From Akkermansiaceae bacterium (GTDB lineage Bacteria; Verrucomicrobiota; Verrucomicrobiia; Verrucomicrobiales; Akkermansiaceae): DNA of 64,000 nucleotides. The position numbers and the translations under genes are program-made. The stretch lies in NCBI GenBank assembly GCA_022510805.1, contig JAFLSS010000003.1:1323-65322 (forward strand). Reading direction: 5' to 3'. The notes under the pieces are model-generated. The model had not been told where the DNA came from. It made no database searches and saw only the letters and a list, made by a program, of their open reading frames with translations. Shown piece after piece: positions 55,826 through 64,000 of this stretch. The number at the start of each line of letters is the position of its first letter. The first letter of the stretch is position 1.

Positions 55826-55854
55826 TTGACAAAAAGCAGATAAACGTGTATAAA
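55826..55854 (+). promoter_or_regulatory. Near-consensus sigma70 promoter for argS
   Basis: TTGACA (55826-55831), N17, TATAAA (55849-55854), lying 12 nt upstream of the ATG at 55867. Confidence 0.5.
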
Positions 55855-55866
55855 TGGAGAGCTTTT

Positions 55867-57630
55867 ATGACTATTCCAGCACTATTATCCGACCAGGTTG
55901 CACAGGCTTTTCGCGCTATTTTAGGTGATTCACTGCCGGAGGGTTTCTGCCCTGTTGTATCCGCCTCACAAGATTTGCGCTTTGGCGATTACCAGTGCAA
56001 CGCCGCCATGATTCTTGCCAAGCAGGTAAAAATGAACCCGCGAGAACTCGCCGGCAAGGTCGTAGAAGCGCTGCGCGCCTCCTGCTCACAGGCTATTCCT
56101 GAGATCGCCGGGCCCGGCTTCATCAATTTCCGCATCAACGCTGCGTATTATGCAGAGCGCATGAAAAGCATGCTCGGGGATGAACGCCTCGGTGTGCCGC
56201 TCGCTGCAGAGCCCAAGTCCATCGTCATCGACTTCTCTGCTCCCAATGTGGCCAAGCCCATGCACATCGGCCATATCCGCTCCACGATCATCGGCGACAC
56301 GCTTGCCCGCCTGGCGCGCTTCATGGGGCACACGGTGATCACTGATAACCACATCGGCGACTGGGGCACGCAGTTCGGCATGATTCTCTGGGGCTGGAAA
56401 CACCTTCTCAACCAGGAGAATCTCGCCAAGGATCCCATCGAAACCCTCCTCTCCGTCTACAAGGAGGTCAATAAACTCTGCAAGGAATCACCCGATCTGC
56501 TGGTCGATTGCAAAGCCGAGCTCGTGAAGCTGCAGGGCGGTGACCCCGAGAATCTGAGCATCTGGAAACGCTGCGTCAGCCTCACTCAATCCGGCCTTGA
56601 GAAAATCTACGAACAGCTGGATATTCACTTCGATTACTGGCTCGGCGAGAGTTTCTACAATGATGCCCTCGAGCCCCTGGTAAATGACCTGCTGAACAAA
56701 GGCATCGCCCGCGTGAGCGAGGGCGCGGTGTGCGTGTTCTCTGACGGCTTCCACAAGCCGCAGCAGGACCCCTTCCTCGTCAATAAAGATGGCGAGTGGC
56801 AGCCGGTGCCGGCCATTATCCGCAAGGCAGATGGCGCATTCCTCTACGCCACCACAGATCTGGCCACGCTGGATTACCGCATCGCCCACTTCAATGCTGA
56901 CTCGATCTGGTATGTGGTGGGCGCTCCGCAGGACAAGCATTTTAAGCAGATTTTTGACATCGAGCGCATGCGCGGCGTGCAGGGTGACTTCCGCCACGTG
57001 GCGTTCGGCTCCATCCTCGGTCATGACCGCCGGCCATTCAAGACGCGTGATGGCGAGACCGTGAGCCTGCAAGATGTCATCGACGAAGCCATCCAGCGCG
57101 CCACCCGAGTCATCGAAGAAAAGAGCCCCGACATGCCGGCAGATGAGAAAGCACGCATCGCGCGCATGGTAGGTGTCGGCGCCGTGAAGTTCGCTGAGCT
57201 CTCCCAAAACCGCCTCAGTGATTACATCTTCGACTGGGACAAGATGCTCGCCCTCACCGGCGATACCGCGCCCTACCTGCAGAACTCCTACGTGCGAGTC
57301 AAATCCATCTTCCGCAAACTCGAAGAGGGAGAATATACACCCGCCGCTGCAAGCCCGGAGCTTAGTGAAGATGCAGAAATCCACCTCGCGCGCCTCCTCG
57401 CGCGCTATGCTGAGATCGTGCCCTCCACACTCGATGACTGCCGCCCGAATCTCCTGGCGGCCTACCTGTACGAGCTGGCGCGCGCATTCCACAGCTTCTA
57501 TGAAGCTTGCCCCGTGCTCAAGAGCTCGGGAGATACCCGCACCACGCGCCTCAGCCTTTGCGACCTCACAGCCCGCGTCCTCAAGCAGGGCATGGGACTG
57601 CTCGGCATCGAAATGCCGGATCGTATGTAA
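55867..57630 (+). CDS. argS: Arginine--tRNA ligase
   Basis: ATG at 55867 (MTIPALLSDQV...). Class-I HIGH variant (PNVAKPMHIGHIRS) and a C-terminal DALR anticodon-binding domain ending in IEMPDRM. Confidence 0.9.
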   Translation: MTIPALLSDQVAQAFRAILGDSLPEGFCPVVSASQDLRFGDYQCNAAMILAKQVKMNPRELAGKVVEALRASCSQAIPEIAGPGFINFRINAAYYAERMKSMLGDERLGVPLAAEPKSIVIDFSAPNVAKPMHIGHIRSTIIGDTLARLARFMGHTVITDNHIGDWGTQFGMILWGWKHLLNQENLAKDPIETLLSVYKEVNKLCKESPDLLVDCKAELVKLQGGDPENLSIWKRCVSLTQSGLEKIYEQLDIHFDYWLGESFYNDALEPLVNDLLNKGIARVSEGAVCVFSDGFHKPQQDPFLVNKDGEWQPVPAIIRKADGAFLYATTDLATLDYRIAHFNADSIWYVVGAPQDKHFKQIFDIERMRGVQGDFRHVAFGSILGHDRRPFKTRDGETVSLQDVIDEAIQRATRVIEEKSPDMPADEKARIARMVGVGAVKFAELSQNRLSDYIFDWDKMLALTGDTAPYLQNSYVRVKSIFRKLEEGEYTPAAASPELSEDAEIHLARLLARYAEIVPSTLDDCRPNLLAAYLYELARAFHSFYEACPVLKSSGDTRTTRLSLCDLTARVLKQGMGLLGIEMPDRM

Positions 57631-57633
57631 TTT

Positions 57634-57650
57634 TGTTCCACATGGAACAA
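57634..57650. repeat. 17-nt palindromic motif TGTTCCACATGGAACAA, copy 2 (4 nt after the argS stop)
   Basis: Identical to 55783-55799. Confidence 0.9.
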
Positions 57651-57654
57651 TTAT

Positions 57655-57700
57655 CAGCCCTGCTTCATTATCTGAAGCAGGGCTGTATTTGTATTGTGTT
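57655..57700. terminator. Bidirectional Rho-independent terminator (argS and the outer membrane protein gene)
   Basis: 13-bp stem CAGCCCTGCTTCA (57655-57667) and TGAAGCAGGGCTG (57673-57685), followed by a T-rich tail. Confidence 0.7.
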
Positions 57701-57766
57701 TTGTTCGCGTTGGCAGGTGCAGCGGCGCTCTCAGCGCAGGAGGGCGCCGCGCTCTGCACAGCTGCA

Positions 57767-58390
57767 TCAGAAGTCAAAACTCACGCCACCGCGGATGCAG
57801 TGGTAAAGCTGAGAGCGGGTGTTGCTGCCCTCAATGCTGTTCAATCCCGGCTCCGCTGTTGATCCGAAGAATTGGTAGGCGAGGAAGAGATCAAAGTTTT
57901 GCGTGAGGTAGAACTTGAGTCCTGCTTCGGCAGAGTATGCAAAGCCGTACTCTGATCCGTGGTAGCGGCGTGTCTCCAGCGGGGTGGTGTATTTGTATTT
58001 GAGGCTTTCGTTGATGACACCGATATTGGCGCCGATGAAGCCATGTACATGCTCGCTCATGCGGTGCGTGTAGCGGTAGCCGGGCATGAGGTAGAAATTA
58101 TTGACGCGGACATCATTGCCGAATTCACCGTTACCCTTGTCATCGGACCCGGTGGCGAATCCGAAGCGCAGGTTGAAGGATGAGTTATCATTCACGGTGT
58201 AGACTCCCGTGAGGTCCACTCCGAGGGTATCCACCTTCGGGCCGTTTGCATCATTAGTGCGCACGAGGTCGCGGGCGGCGAAATTGTAGCTCACGCCGAG
58301 CTCCAGAGAGTAGGGGTTCACAGGCTCAGTATATGTGCCGGCCAGTGCAGCGGGCGCCAGTGCGGCCAAAGCGAGTAATGTAGTTTTCAT
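57767..58390 (-). CDS. Outer-membrane beta-barrel protein (OmpA-like/OmpW-like small barrel)
   Basis: The ATG at 58390 gives MKTTLLALAALAPAALAG. Alternating amphipathic strands, with a C-terminal GGVSFDF. Confidence 0.75.
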   Translation of the reverse strand: MKTTLLALAALAPAALAGTYTEPVNPYSLELGVSYNFAARDLVRTNDANGPKVDTLGVDLTGVYTVNDNSSFNLRFGFATGSDDKGNGEFGNDVRVNNFYLMPGYRYTHRMSEHVHGFIGANIGVINESLKYKYTTPLETRRYHGSEYGFAYSAEAGLKFYLTQNFDLFLAYQFFGSTAEPGLNSIEGSNTRSQLYHCIRGGVSFDF

Positions 58391-58696
58391 GGTTGTGTTA
58401 TTTATCATTTTTGTACCTGGGTGCTACAAAATCGCTTGTAGCCAAGGATTGCCCCGATTGTAACCACGAGGAGTCCGAATTGTCAAGTAGCCCCAATCCA
58501 ATAGTTATACACACTCTATCAATATGTTACGTATTAAATTTCTATTCTCTGCGCCTGTTGGATCAGTATGACAGGCGGCGATTTTGGGCTTAATTGTTGG
58601 GTTGTGGGGCGCTTTTGTTCTCTGCCGGGCCCGGGTGGGCAAAAAAGCCTGCCTGCTTGCTTGACAAGTCAAGCTTTCTTTTGGTACTCTGGAGTT

Positions 58697-59317
58697 ATGA
58701 ACTCGATGCTGCGACTTGTACTCCTGTGTTTTGGGCTGATGCTATGCTCCTGTGCCTATGTGCAAACACACAAGCGGGTGGAGGAGATGGGCAGTTATTA
58801 TGAGGGGTATTTGCTGAAGTCGGATTCCATGCGCCTGTTCCGCCAGGGGGATTCATGGTTTCTCTCTGCCTCTAAGGCTCGCTACAAGCGCACATTCCCT
58901 CTGGTGCATGATTCTGTGTTCCGCAGAAATAATTATGAGCCTTCCTTTGAGTTGGTGCATGATGCCTCTGCGCCCATGGTATACCATGAGATTTCTTCCA
59001 ATGCGGCGGCTATCTTGCAGCGGTCAGATGGCTATTTTGACCTGCGGGCTCTTGTGGGGGATATGCAGCGCTGCTCTGACACCTGGCTGGAGGAGCTGCC
59101 CGGCGCCGTTTCCTACCCCATCGCGGCCCATATCGGCGGTGATCAGTCATTCTCCATCCCCGGGTCTCGCGTGCCGCACTCGACTTCTCTCTCAAAAAAG
59201 GCGCTCGGCAAGCTGGATCTCGTGGTGGTGGATGCTCCGCTGACTGTTGGCTACAATGTGGCCATCCCGCTGGTGGCGCCTTTTGTCTTCTTCTATGAAT
59301 TCCTCCAAGAAGATTAA
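58697..59317 (+). CDS. Hypothetical lipoprotein
   Basis: ATG at 58697 with lipobox MNSMLRLVLLCFGLMLCSC. No family recognised. Confidence 0.6.
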   Translation: MNSMLRLVLLCFGLMLCSCAYVQTHKRVEEMGSYYEGYLLKSDSMRLFRQGDSWFLSASKARYKRTFPLVHDSVFRRNNYEPSFELVHDASAPMVYHEISSNAAAILQRSDGYFDLRALVGDMQRCSDTWLEELPGAVSYPIAAHIGGDQSFSIPGSRVPHSTSLSKKALGKLDLVVVDAPLTVGYNVAIPLVAPFVFFYEFLQED

Positions 59318-59351
59318 GTCACAAGCTGTTTGTGTAGATATTAACATGAGG

Positions 59352-59552
59352 TGTCAATAAGTAGGTGAATAAATGGTGGGTAAACATGTGGATAAGTGAG
59401 TCATTCGCATTCATGGCGGATTATTCTCTTGTTTGTCGACATGCTTTTTTCTCTCCAAGATCATGATTTTCATGAGGTCCTGTTTTCTTATTCACTTATT
59501 CACACACCTGATGATGATGAATTTAAATAGGTATATATATTCTTCTTCTTCA
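59352..59552. promoter_or_regulatory. DnaA-box-like 9-mer array plus an AT-rich trinucleotide-repeat segment
   Basis: Four same-orientation 9-mers lie at 59352, 59364, 59375 and 59387; the last is a perfect TGTGGATAA, the reverse complement of TTATCCACA. Two opposite-orientation boxes lie at 59488-59496 and 59496-59504 (TTATTCACA). These are followed by GATGATGATGAA, TATATATAT and TTCTTCTTCTTC. Confidence 0.45.
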
Positions 59553-59569
59553 AGCTAGCCTTTTTTGCC

Positions 59570-60655
59570 ATGCCTTGTTCTCCTGTCTCAGCTGATGATT
59601 CTCGCTGGATGCGCCGCGCGCTCGAGTTGGCTCAGCGCGGTGTGGGCACCACCAGCCCGAATCCGCCGGTGGGTGCAGTTGTTGTGAAAGATGGGCATGT
59701 GCTGGGTGAGGGGTACCACGAGCGCGCCGGGGAAGCGCATGCTGAGCGCCGCGCGCTGCAGGATGCGCGTGATCGCGGGTGGGAGCATGAGCTCGCCGGC
59801 GCCACGCTTTATGTGACATTGGAGCCCTGCTCGAGCCATGGGCGCACGCCTCCCTGCACGGAGGCTATCCTTGAATCAGGTATTGGCCGGGTGGTGTATG
59901 GGGCGGTGGATCCTGATAAACGCCACAGAGGGCGCGCAGACGCGCTTTTGCAGGCGGCCGGGGTACTGGTGCAGGGCAGGGTGGAGGAAGAGGCTTGTAG
60001 GGCCTTTCTGGAGCCTTGGGCGCATGCTGTGAGGACGGGTCGCCCCTGGGTACTGGCAAAAGTGGCGAGCACGCTGGATGGGAGGCTCACGCGGCGCACG
60101 GAGCGCTGGCTGAGCTGCCGGGAGTCACTAGCCTTTGCACATCTGCTGCGTGTGCAGAGTGATGCCATCTTGGTGGGGGGGCAGACAGTGCGGGCGGATT
60201 TGCCGGCGCTCACGATACGCTGCCCTCAGGAGCCGGCGCCTGCAGCCAAGCAGCAGCCGTGGCGGGTGGTGCTCACGCGGCGGCGCGAGTCCCTGCCGGC
60301 GGAGGCGCCGCTGTTTGCAGATGAGTATGCTGAGCGCACGCTTGTCTATGAGGATGTGCAGGATGCTGAGGCGATGCTTCGCGAGCTATATGAGTGCTAT
60401 GGAGTGGTGAGGCTCATGCTGGAGTGCGGCGGCAGGCTGCTGAGGTATTTTCTGGAGCAGGGGCTAGTGAATGAGTGGGTGCAGATCATGACTCCTTATG
60501 TGGGGGGAGGGCCGGAGCTGCTGCTGCCCGGGGAGTGGCTGCCGCGCGAGCTGCGCTTGGAGGAGATGGAGTGCAAGGCGCTGGGGCGGGATGTGCTGCT
60601 GCGCGGCCGGGTGGCTGCATCACATGGACTCGAGCATCTGCAACGCCTCGGCTAA
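59570..60655 (+). CDS. ribD: Bifunctional riboflavin biosynthesis protein RibD (deaminase/reductase)
   Basis: CMP/dCMP deaminase zinc motif HAE...PCSHGRTPPC, followed by a RibD_C reductase domain. Confidence 0.9.
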   Translation: MPCSPVSADDSRWMRRALELAQRGVGTTSPNPPVGAVVVKDGHVLGEGYHERAGEAHAERRALQDARDRGWEHELAGATLYVTLEPCSSHGRTPPCTEAILESGIGRVVYGAVDPDKRHRGRADALLQAAGVLVQGRVEEEACRAFLEPWAHAVRTGRPWVLAKVASTLDGRLTRRTERWLSCRESLAFAHLLRVQSDAILVGGQTVRADLPALTIRCPQEPAPAAKQQPWRVVLTRRRESLPAEAPLFADEYAERTLVYEDVQDAEAMLRELYECYGVVRLMLECGGRLLRYFLEQGLVNEWVQIMTPYVGGGPELLLPGEWLPRELRLEEMECKALGRDVLLRGRVAASHGLEHLQRLG

Positions 60656-63600
60656 TTTATCTGCCGCATTTTTCTTCTGCAGGCGGGGGAAGCGGCGGTT
60701 GAGCAAGATGTAGTCATTATTGCGCGTGAGCATGAGCTTTTGGCCGCTGATCTCCACCATGGAAATATGCCTCCCCGAGGCGAGTATCTTGATTTTTTGA
60801 AGAATGATCAGCTGCTTAGCCTCGTCGGGCAGGCGGCCGAAGCGGTCCTCCCACTGCTTGGCCAGCTCATCCAGCCCCTCGGTGCGGGTGGCTTTGGCGA
60901 GCTGAGTGTAGCACTCCATGCGCGTTTTGGTGGCCGGCACATAGGAGGCGGGGATGTAGGCGCCCAGCAGGCTGGAGGTATCGCTTCGCGTGGCCATGAT
61001 CGCTTCGCTCACGCACAGGAAATCTGCCTTGACTTGAGCGCTCACGCGCAGGGAGGGCTTGATGCCGCGCAGGCGGTCGATGGACTGCCGGAGCAGCTGG
61101 CAGTAGAGCTCGAACCCGATGGCGGCAATATGGCCGCTTTGCTGGGTGCCCAGCAGGTTGCCGGCGCCGCGGATCTCCAGATCTCGCATGGCGATCTTGA
61201 AGCCGCTTCCCAATGCGGTGTATTGCTTGATGGCCGACACGCGCTTGCGGGCATCTCCTGTGCACAGCGCCTCCTCCGGCAGCAGCAAGTAGGCATAGGC
61301 GCGCTGGTTGCCGCGCCCCACGCGGCCGCGCAGCTGGTACAGGTCCGCCAGGCCGAAGCGGTCTGCCCGGTCGATGATGATCGTATTGGCATTGGGGATG
61401 TCGATACCGCTTTCAATGATCGTGGTCGAGAGGAGCACATCTGCCTTGCCCTCCACGAATTGGGTCATGATTTTTTCGAGCTCTGCCTTGTCCATCTGCC
61501 CGTGGCCGGTGACGATGCGCGCCTGCGGCACGAGTTGCCGCAGCAGGGCTTCCATCTTGTAGATGGTCTGCACGCGGTTGTGCAGGAAGAAGACTTGGCC
61601 TTTGCGCGCGAGCTCGGCACGGATGGCTTTTGTGATGAGCTCCTCATTGAAGGGGCACACGCTGGTGCTCACCGGCAGGCGGTTGGAGGGCGGGGTGTCG
61701 ATGGTGCTCATATCGCGCGCGCCCATGAGCGCCACATAGAGAGTGCGCGGGATGGGGGTGGCGGAGAGGGTCAGCATATCCACCATGCGGAAAAAGCGCT
61801 TGAACTGCTCCTTGTGCCGCACGCCGAAGCGCTGTTCTTCATCAATGATGGCAAGCCCGAGATTCTTGAATGTCACATCCTTGGAGAGCAGGCGGTGCGT
61901 GCCGATGACGAGGTCGACATCGCCATTTTTCAGGCCGGCCAAGATCTCTGTTGCCTTGCGCGCAGAGGTAAAGCGGCTGAGCATTTCGATGCGGATGGGG
62001 TACTCGCTCATGCGCGCGCGGAAGTTGCGGTAGTGCTGATCTGCCAGCACAGTGGTGGGCGCGAGGAGGGCGGCCTGCTTGCCGCCGGTCACGCATTTGA
62101 ACGCCGCGCGCAGGGCCACCTCAGTCTTGCCGAAGCCGACATCCCCGCAGATGAGGCGGTCCATGGGCCGCGCGGCCTCCATATCAGCCTTCGTTTCCTG
62201 GATAGCGCGCAGCTGGTCAGGTGTCTCGCGGAAGGGGAAGGAAGATTCAAATTGCCACATCCACGCAGAATCTGCCGGGTGGGCATAGCCGGGGTTGCTC
62301 TCGCGCTCGGCCTGCACCTCGAGCATCTGGGCGGCGTAGTCTGCCACGGCGCGCTCGGCCGCTTGGCAGGCGCGCTTCCAGCGGGCATCTCCCAAGCGGT
62401 TGAGCTCCGGTGTTTTCGAGCCGAGCCCCACATATTTGGACACAAGGTGTGCCTGGTGCAGGGGGATGCGCAGCAGCACCCCGCCCGCGTAGCGGATGTG
62501 CATCTCTTCCTCACCCGTCTCTTCATGCCGCACTATACCCACAAATTGCCCGAGCCCGTGGGCGGCGTGGATCACCAAATCCCCGGATTCGATTTCGCGC
62601 AGGGGGGCCTGAGCCTCAGCGAGCCGTATGCGGCTCTCGCGGGTGCGCATGCGGCGGTGGCGCGGCGAGGTATGGCGGCCGAAAATCTCTGCCGCAGAGA
62701 GCACTGCCAGCTGCGCGCCGGGTATGGTGAATCCGAAAGGCAGGTTGCCATCCCGCGCCTGCACGGCATCCCATGCAGGATCCTGCCCGCATATCTCCTC
62801 AAATCTCTTTTTCTCACCCTCGTGCGGGAAATACATGACCACGCGCCACTTCTCCCTGCGCCAGCGCAGAAGGATGGAGTTCACATACTGCCGCCGGGCT
62901 TCCTGCATCACAAAATCCCCGGATTCGAAGGACCCCAGCGGCGTGGGGTAAAAAGCCAGGCCATCCTTCTTTCGGAAGCCGTCAATCTCCGGCGCGATGT
63001 CTGCGACATCCGGCAGAGTCTCATACACCAGCACATCCCCCGGCACCCCGCACCCGGGCAGGGAGATCACGCAGTCCTCCGGCCGGATCCAGTCCTGCAG
63101 ATTCTGATTCTCCGGCGGCTCATCCAGCAGCAGATCCGCCCGTTCCAACTTGCGGAACGAGAGTTGCGAATCCACATCAAACGCGCGGATGCTGTCGATC
63201 TCATCCCCAAAATACTCAATGCGCAAAGGCCAGGCTGTCTGCAGGGGGAAGACATCGAGAATACCGCCGCGCAGGCTCCACTGATTACGTGCTGTCACCT
63301 GATCTTGGCGCTCAAAGCCGCGCTCGGTCAAGATCTCCGCCAGCCTCTGCAGGCTCAGGGAGTCATCCCCCGTGCGCAGCGAGAGGGACACCTGCTGCGC
63401 CGGGGAGAAATCCGGCACCGCCTGGCGCAGGCAAGCCGCCGTCACCACCACCACCTGTGCCTCACCCGGGCTCGTATACAAGCGGTGCAGCGCTTCCAGG
63501 CGCTCGGCGCTCACATCCGGGTCACCCATACCCTGCCGGGCATTCCACTCTTGCTCAGGCACAAAGATGCAGGGCAGGTGGCTCCATATCGGCCATTCGG

Positions 63601-63907
63601 CGGCTATGCGCTCTTGAGTCGGCAAGGAGTCTGCCACCACCCACACACGGCGTGCCCGCGGCTGGCGGCTCGCCACCAGAGCAGCCACAAATGAGAACGC
63701 CGCCTGGCAGGTGCCGGGGAAGACCAAGGGCTCCTCCCGCGTGTCATCCCGGCAAAGCTTAGCCAGCTCCTCTGCAAAAAGCGGAGAAGAAGCCACGATC
63801 TCTGTGAGTGGTTTAGCGATGGTGGGTGCAGTATAATAAAATGAGAATTCAATGTCAACGCAAGTGTGCCTATCAATCTGAAAAAGATGCACCGAGGGGG
63901 AAAACAA
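60620..63907 (-). CDS. mfd: Transcription-repair coupling factor
   Basis: 1095 aa. CarD-like segment GDLVIHAAHGLGQF and SF2 helicase motifs GDVGFGKTEVA, DEEQRFGV and SATPIPRT. The C-terminal TRCF domain is present. The 3' end overlaps ribD by 36 nt. Confidence 0.9.
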   Translation of the reverse strand: MFSPSVHLFQIDRHTCVDIEFSFYYTAPTIAKPLTEIVASSPLFAEELAKLCRDDTREEPLVFPGTCQAAFSFVAALVASRQPRARRVWVVADSLPTQERIAAEWPIWSHLPCIFVPEQEWNARQGMGDPDVSAERLEALHRLYTSPGEAQVVVVTAACLRQAVPDFSPAQQVSLSLRTGDDSLSLQRLAEILTERGFERQDQVTARNQWSLRGGILDVFPLQTAWPLRIEYFGDEIDSIRAFDVDSQLSFRKLERADLLLDEPPENQNLQDWIRPEDCVISLPGCGVPGDVLVYETLPDVADIAPEIDGFRKKDGLAFYPTPLGSFESGDFVMQEARRQYVNSILLRWRREKWRVVMYFPHEGEKKRFEEICGQDPAWDAVQARDGNLPFGFTIPGAQLAVLSAAEIFGRHTSPRHRRMRTRESRIRLAEAQAPLREIESGDLVIHAAHGLGQFVGIVRHEETGEEEMHIRYAGGVLLRIPLHQAHLVSKYVGLGSKTPELNRLGDARWKRACQAAERAVADYAAQMLEVQAERESNPGYAHPADSAWMWQFESSFPFRETPDQLRAIQETKADMEAARPMDRLICGDVGFGKTEVALRAAFKCVTGGKQAALLAPTTVLADQHYRNFRARMSEYPIRIEMLSRFTSARKATEILAGLKNGDVDLVIGTHRLLSKDVTFKNLGLAIIDEEQRFGVRHKEQFKRFFRMVDMLTLSATPIPRTLYVALMGARDMSTIDTPPSNRLPVSTSVCPFNEELITKAIRAELARKGQVFFLHNRVQTIYKMEALLRQLVPQARIVTGHGQMDKAELEKIMTQFVEGKADVLLSTTIIESGIDIPNANTIIIDRADRFGLADLYQLRGRVGRGNQRAYAYLLLPEEALCTGDARKRVSAIKQYTALGSGFKIAMRDLEIRGAGNLLGTQQSGHIAAIGFELYCQLLRQSIDRLRGIKPSLRVSAQVKADFLCVSEAIMATRSDTSSLLGAYIPASYVPATKTRMECYTQLAKATRTEGLDELAKQWEDRFGRLPDEAKQLIILQKIKILASGRHISMVEISGQKLMLTRNNDYILLNRRFPRLQKKNAADKLAEALQMLESM

Positions 63908-64000
63908 AAGCCCACCCGGCAGGAGCCGCCCTCACCACCGGTGGCGGGTTAGCCCAGGTGCCCCGGAGTCCAGAACTGCTTGGCATGCCGGCTGGTGATG

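Noticed and set aside
59318-59569. FMN (RFN) riboswitch expected upstream of ribD.
   Set aside because: The region is AT-rich and lacks the conserved GC-rich RFN core segments as I recall them (such as AGGGCGGUACCGCG-like or GGAUGGGAGA-like blocks). It is better described by the DnaA-box-like array.
1-64000. CRISPR arrays, rRNA and tRNA genes, and IS elements or transposases.
   Set aside because: I saw no regularly spaced direct repeats, no tRNA-like T-arm or acceptor patterns, no rRNA signatures, and no DDE or HUH transposase-like ORF. This was a by-eye scan, so a short tRNA could have been missed.
63908-64000. GC-rich hairpins at the right edge (for example CCGCC..GGCGG) as an RNA gene.
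   Set aside because: Too little sequence lies inside the window. It is most simply the terminator or 3' end of the next minus-strand gene upstream of mfd.

Overview
High-GC (about 60-65% by eye) chromosomal segment of a diderm bacterium. The protein set looks PVC/Verrucomicrobia-like, but I cannot confirm that without a search. No rRNA, tRNA or CRISPR array was seen. About 45 genes are supportable, mostly housekeeping. They include tkt, kbl, sdaA, ferritin, malic enzyme, recN, bioB, the overlapping minus-strand chain trmB-tgt-yajC-aroE, rfbD, rpsI-rplM, infA, hrpA, aguB, ssb, a MacA/MacB/NodT efflux operon, lpdA, a Ser/Thr kinase, bamA, argS, ribD and mfd. Accessory content has three parts. 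(1) A low-GC GmrSD-like (DUF262/DUF1524 plus DUF4268-like) gene is cut by the left window edge. (2) A compact island of about 10 kb (22.5-32.6 kb) holds only four minus-strand genes: a 414-aa helical ORFan, a giant ORFan of about 1,944 aa, an apparently intact large terminase (TerL) and a tyrosine integrase. No other phage gene is recognisable. This is my best candidate for an undescribed system. (3) A low-GC ORFan sits at 40.8-41.4 kb next to a 445-bp gap with no gene call. At larger scale, hand tallies show that plus-strand GC skew is positive at 0-8.3 kb, negative at about 9-57.6 kb and positive again from 57.7 kb, independent of gene orientation. The right-hand switch has origin polarity and lies 1.6 kb from an AT-rich intergenic region at 59.35-59.55 kb. 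That region carries a phased array of DnaA-box-like 9-mers, one of them a perfect TTATCCACA. Other observations: an identical 17-nt palindrome on both sides of argS, a promoter-to-terminator candidate structured sRNA of about 175 nt at 55.5-55.7 kb, an extremely CA-rich repeat tract, an Aas-like fusion protein degenerate in every catalytic motif I could align, a hydrolase with Asp at the nucleophile position, and an IF-1 with a long disordered N-terminal extension. All product calls rest on motif and family recognition by eye. No database search was run.
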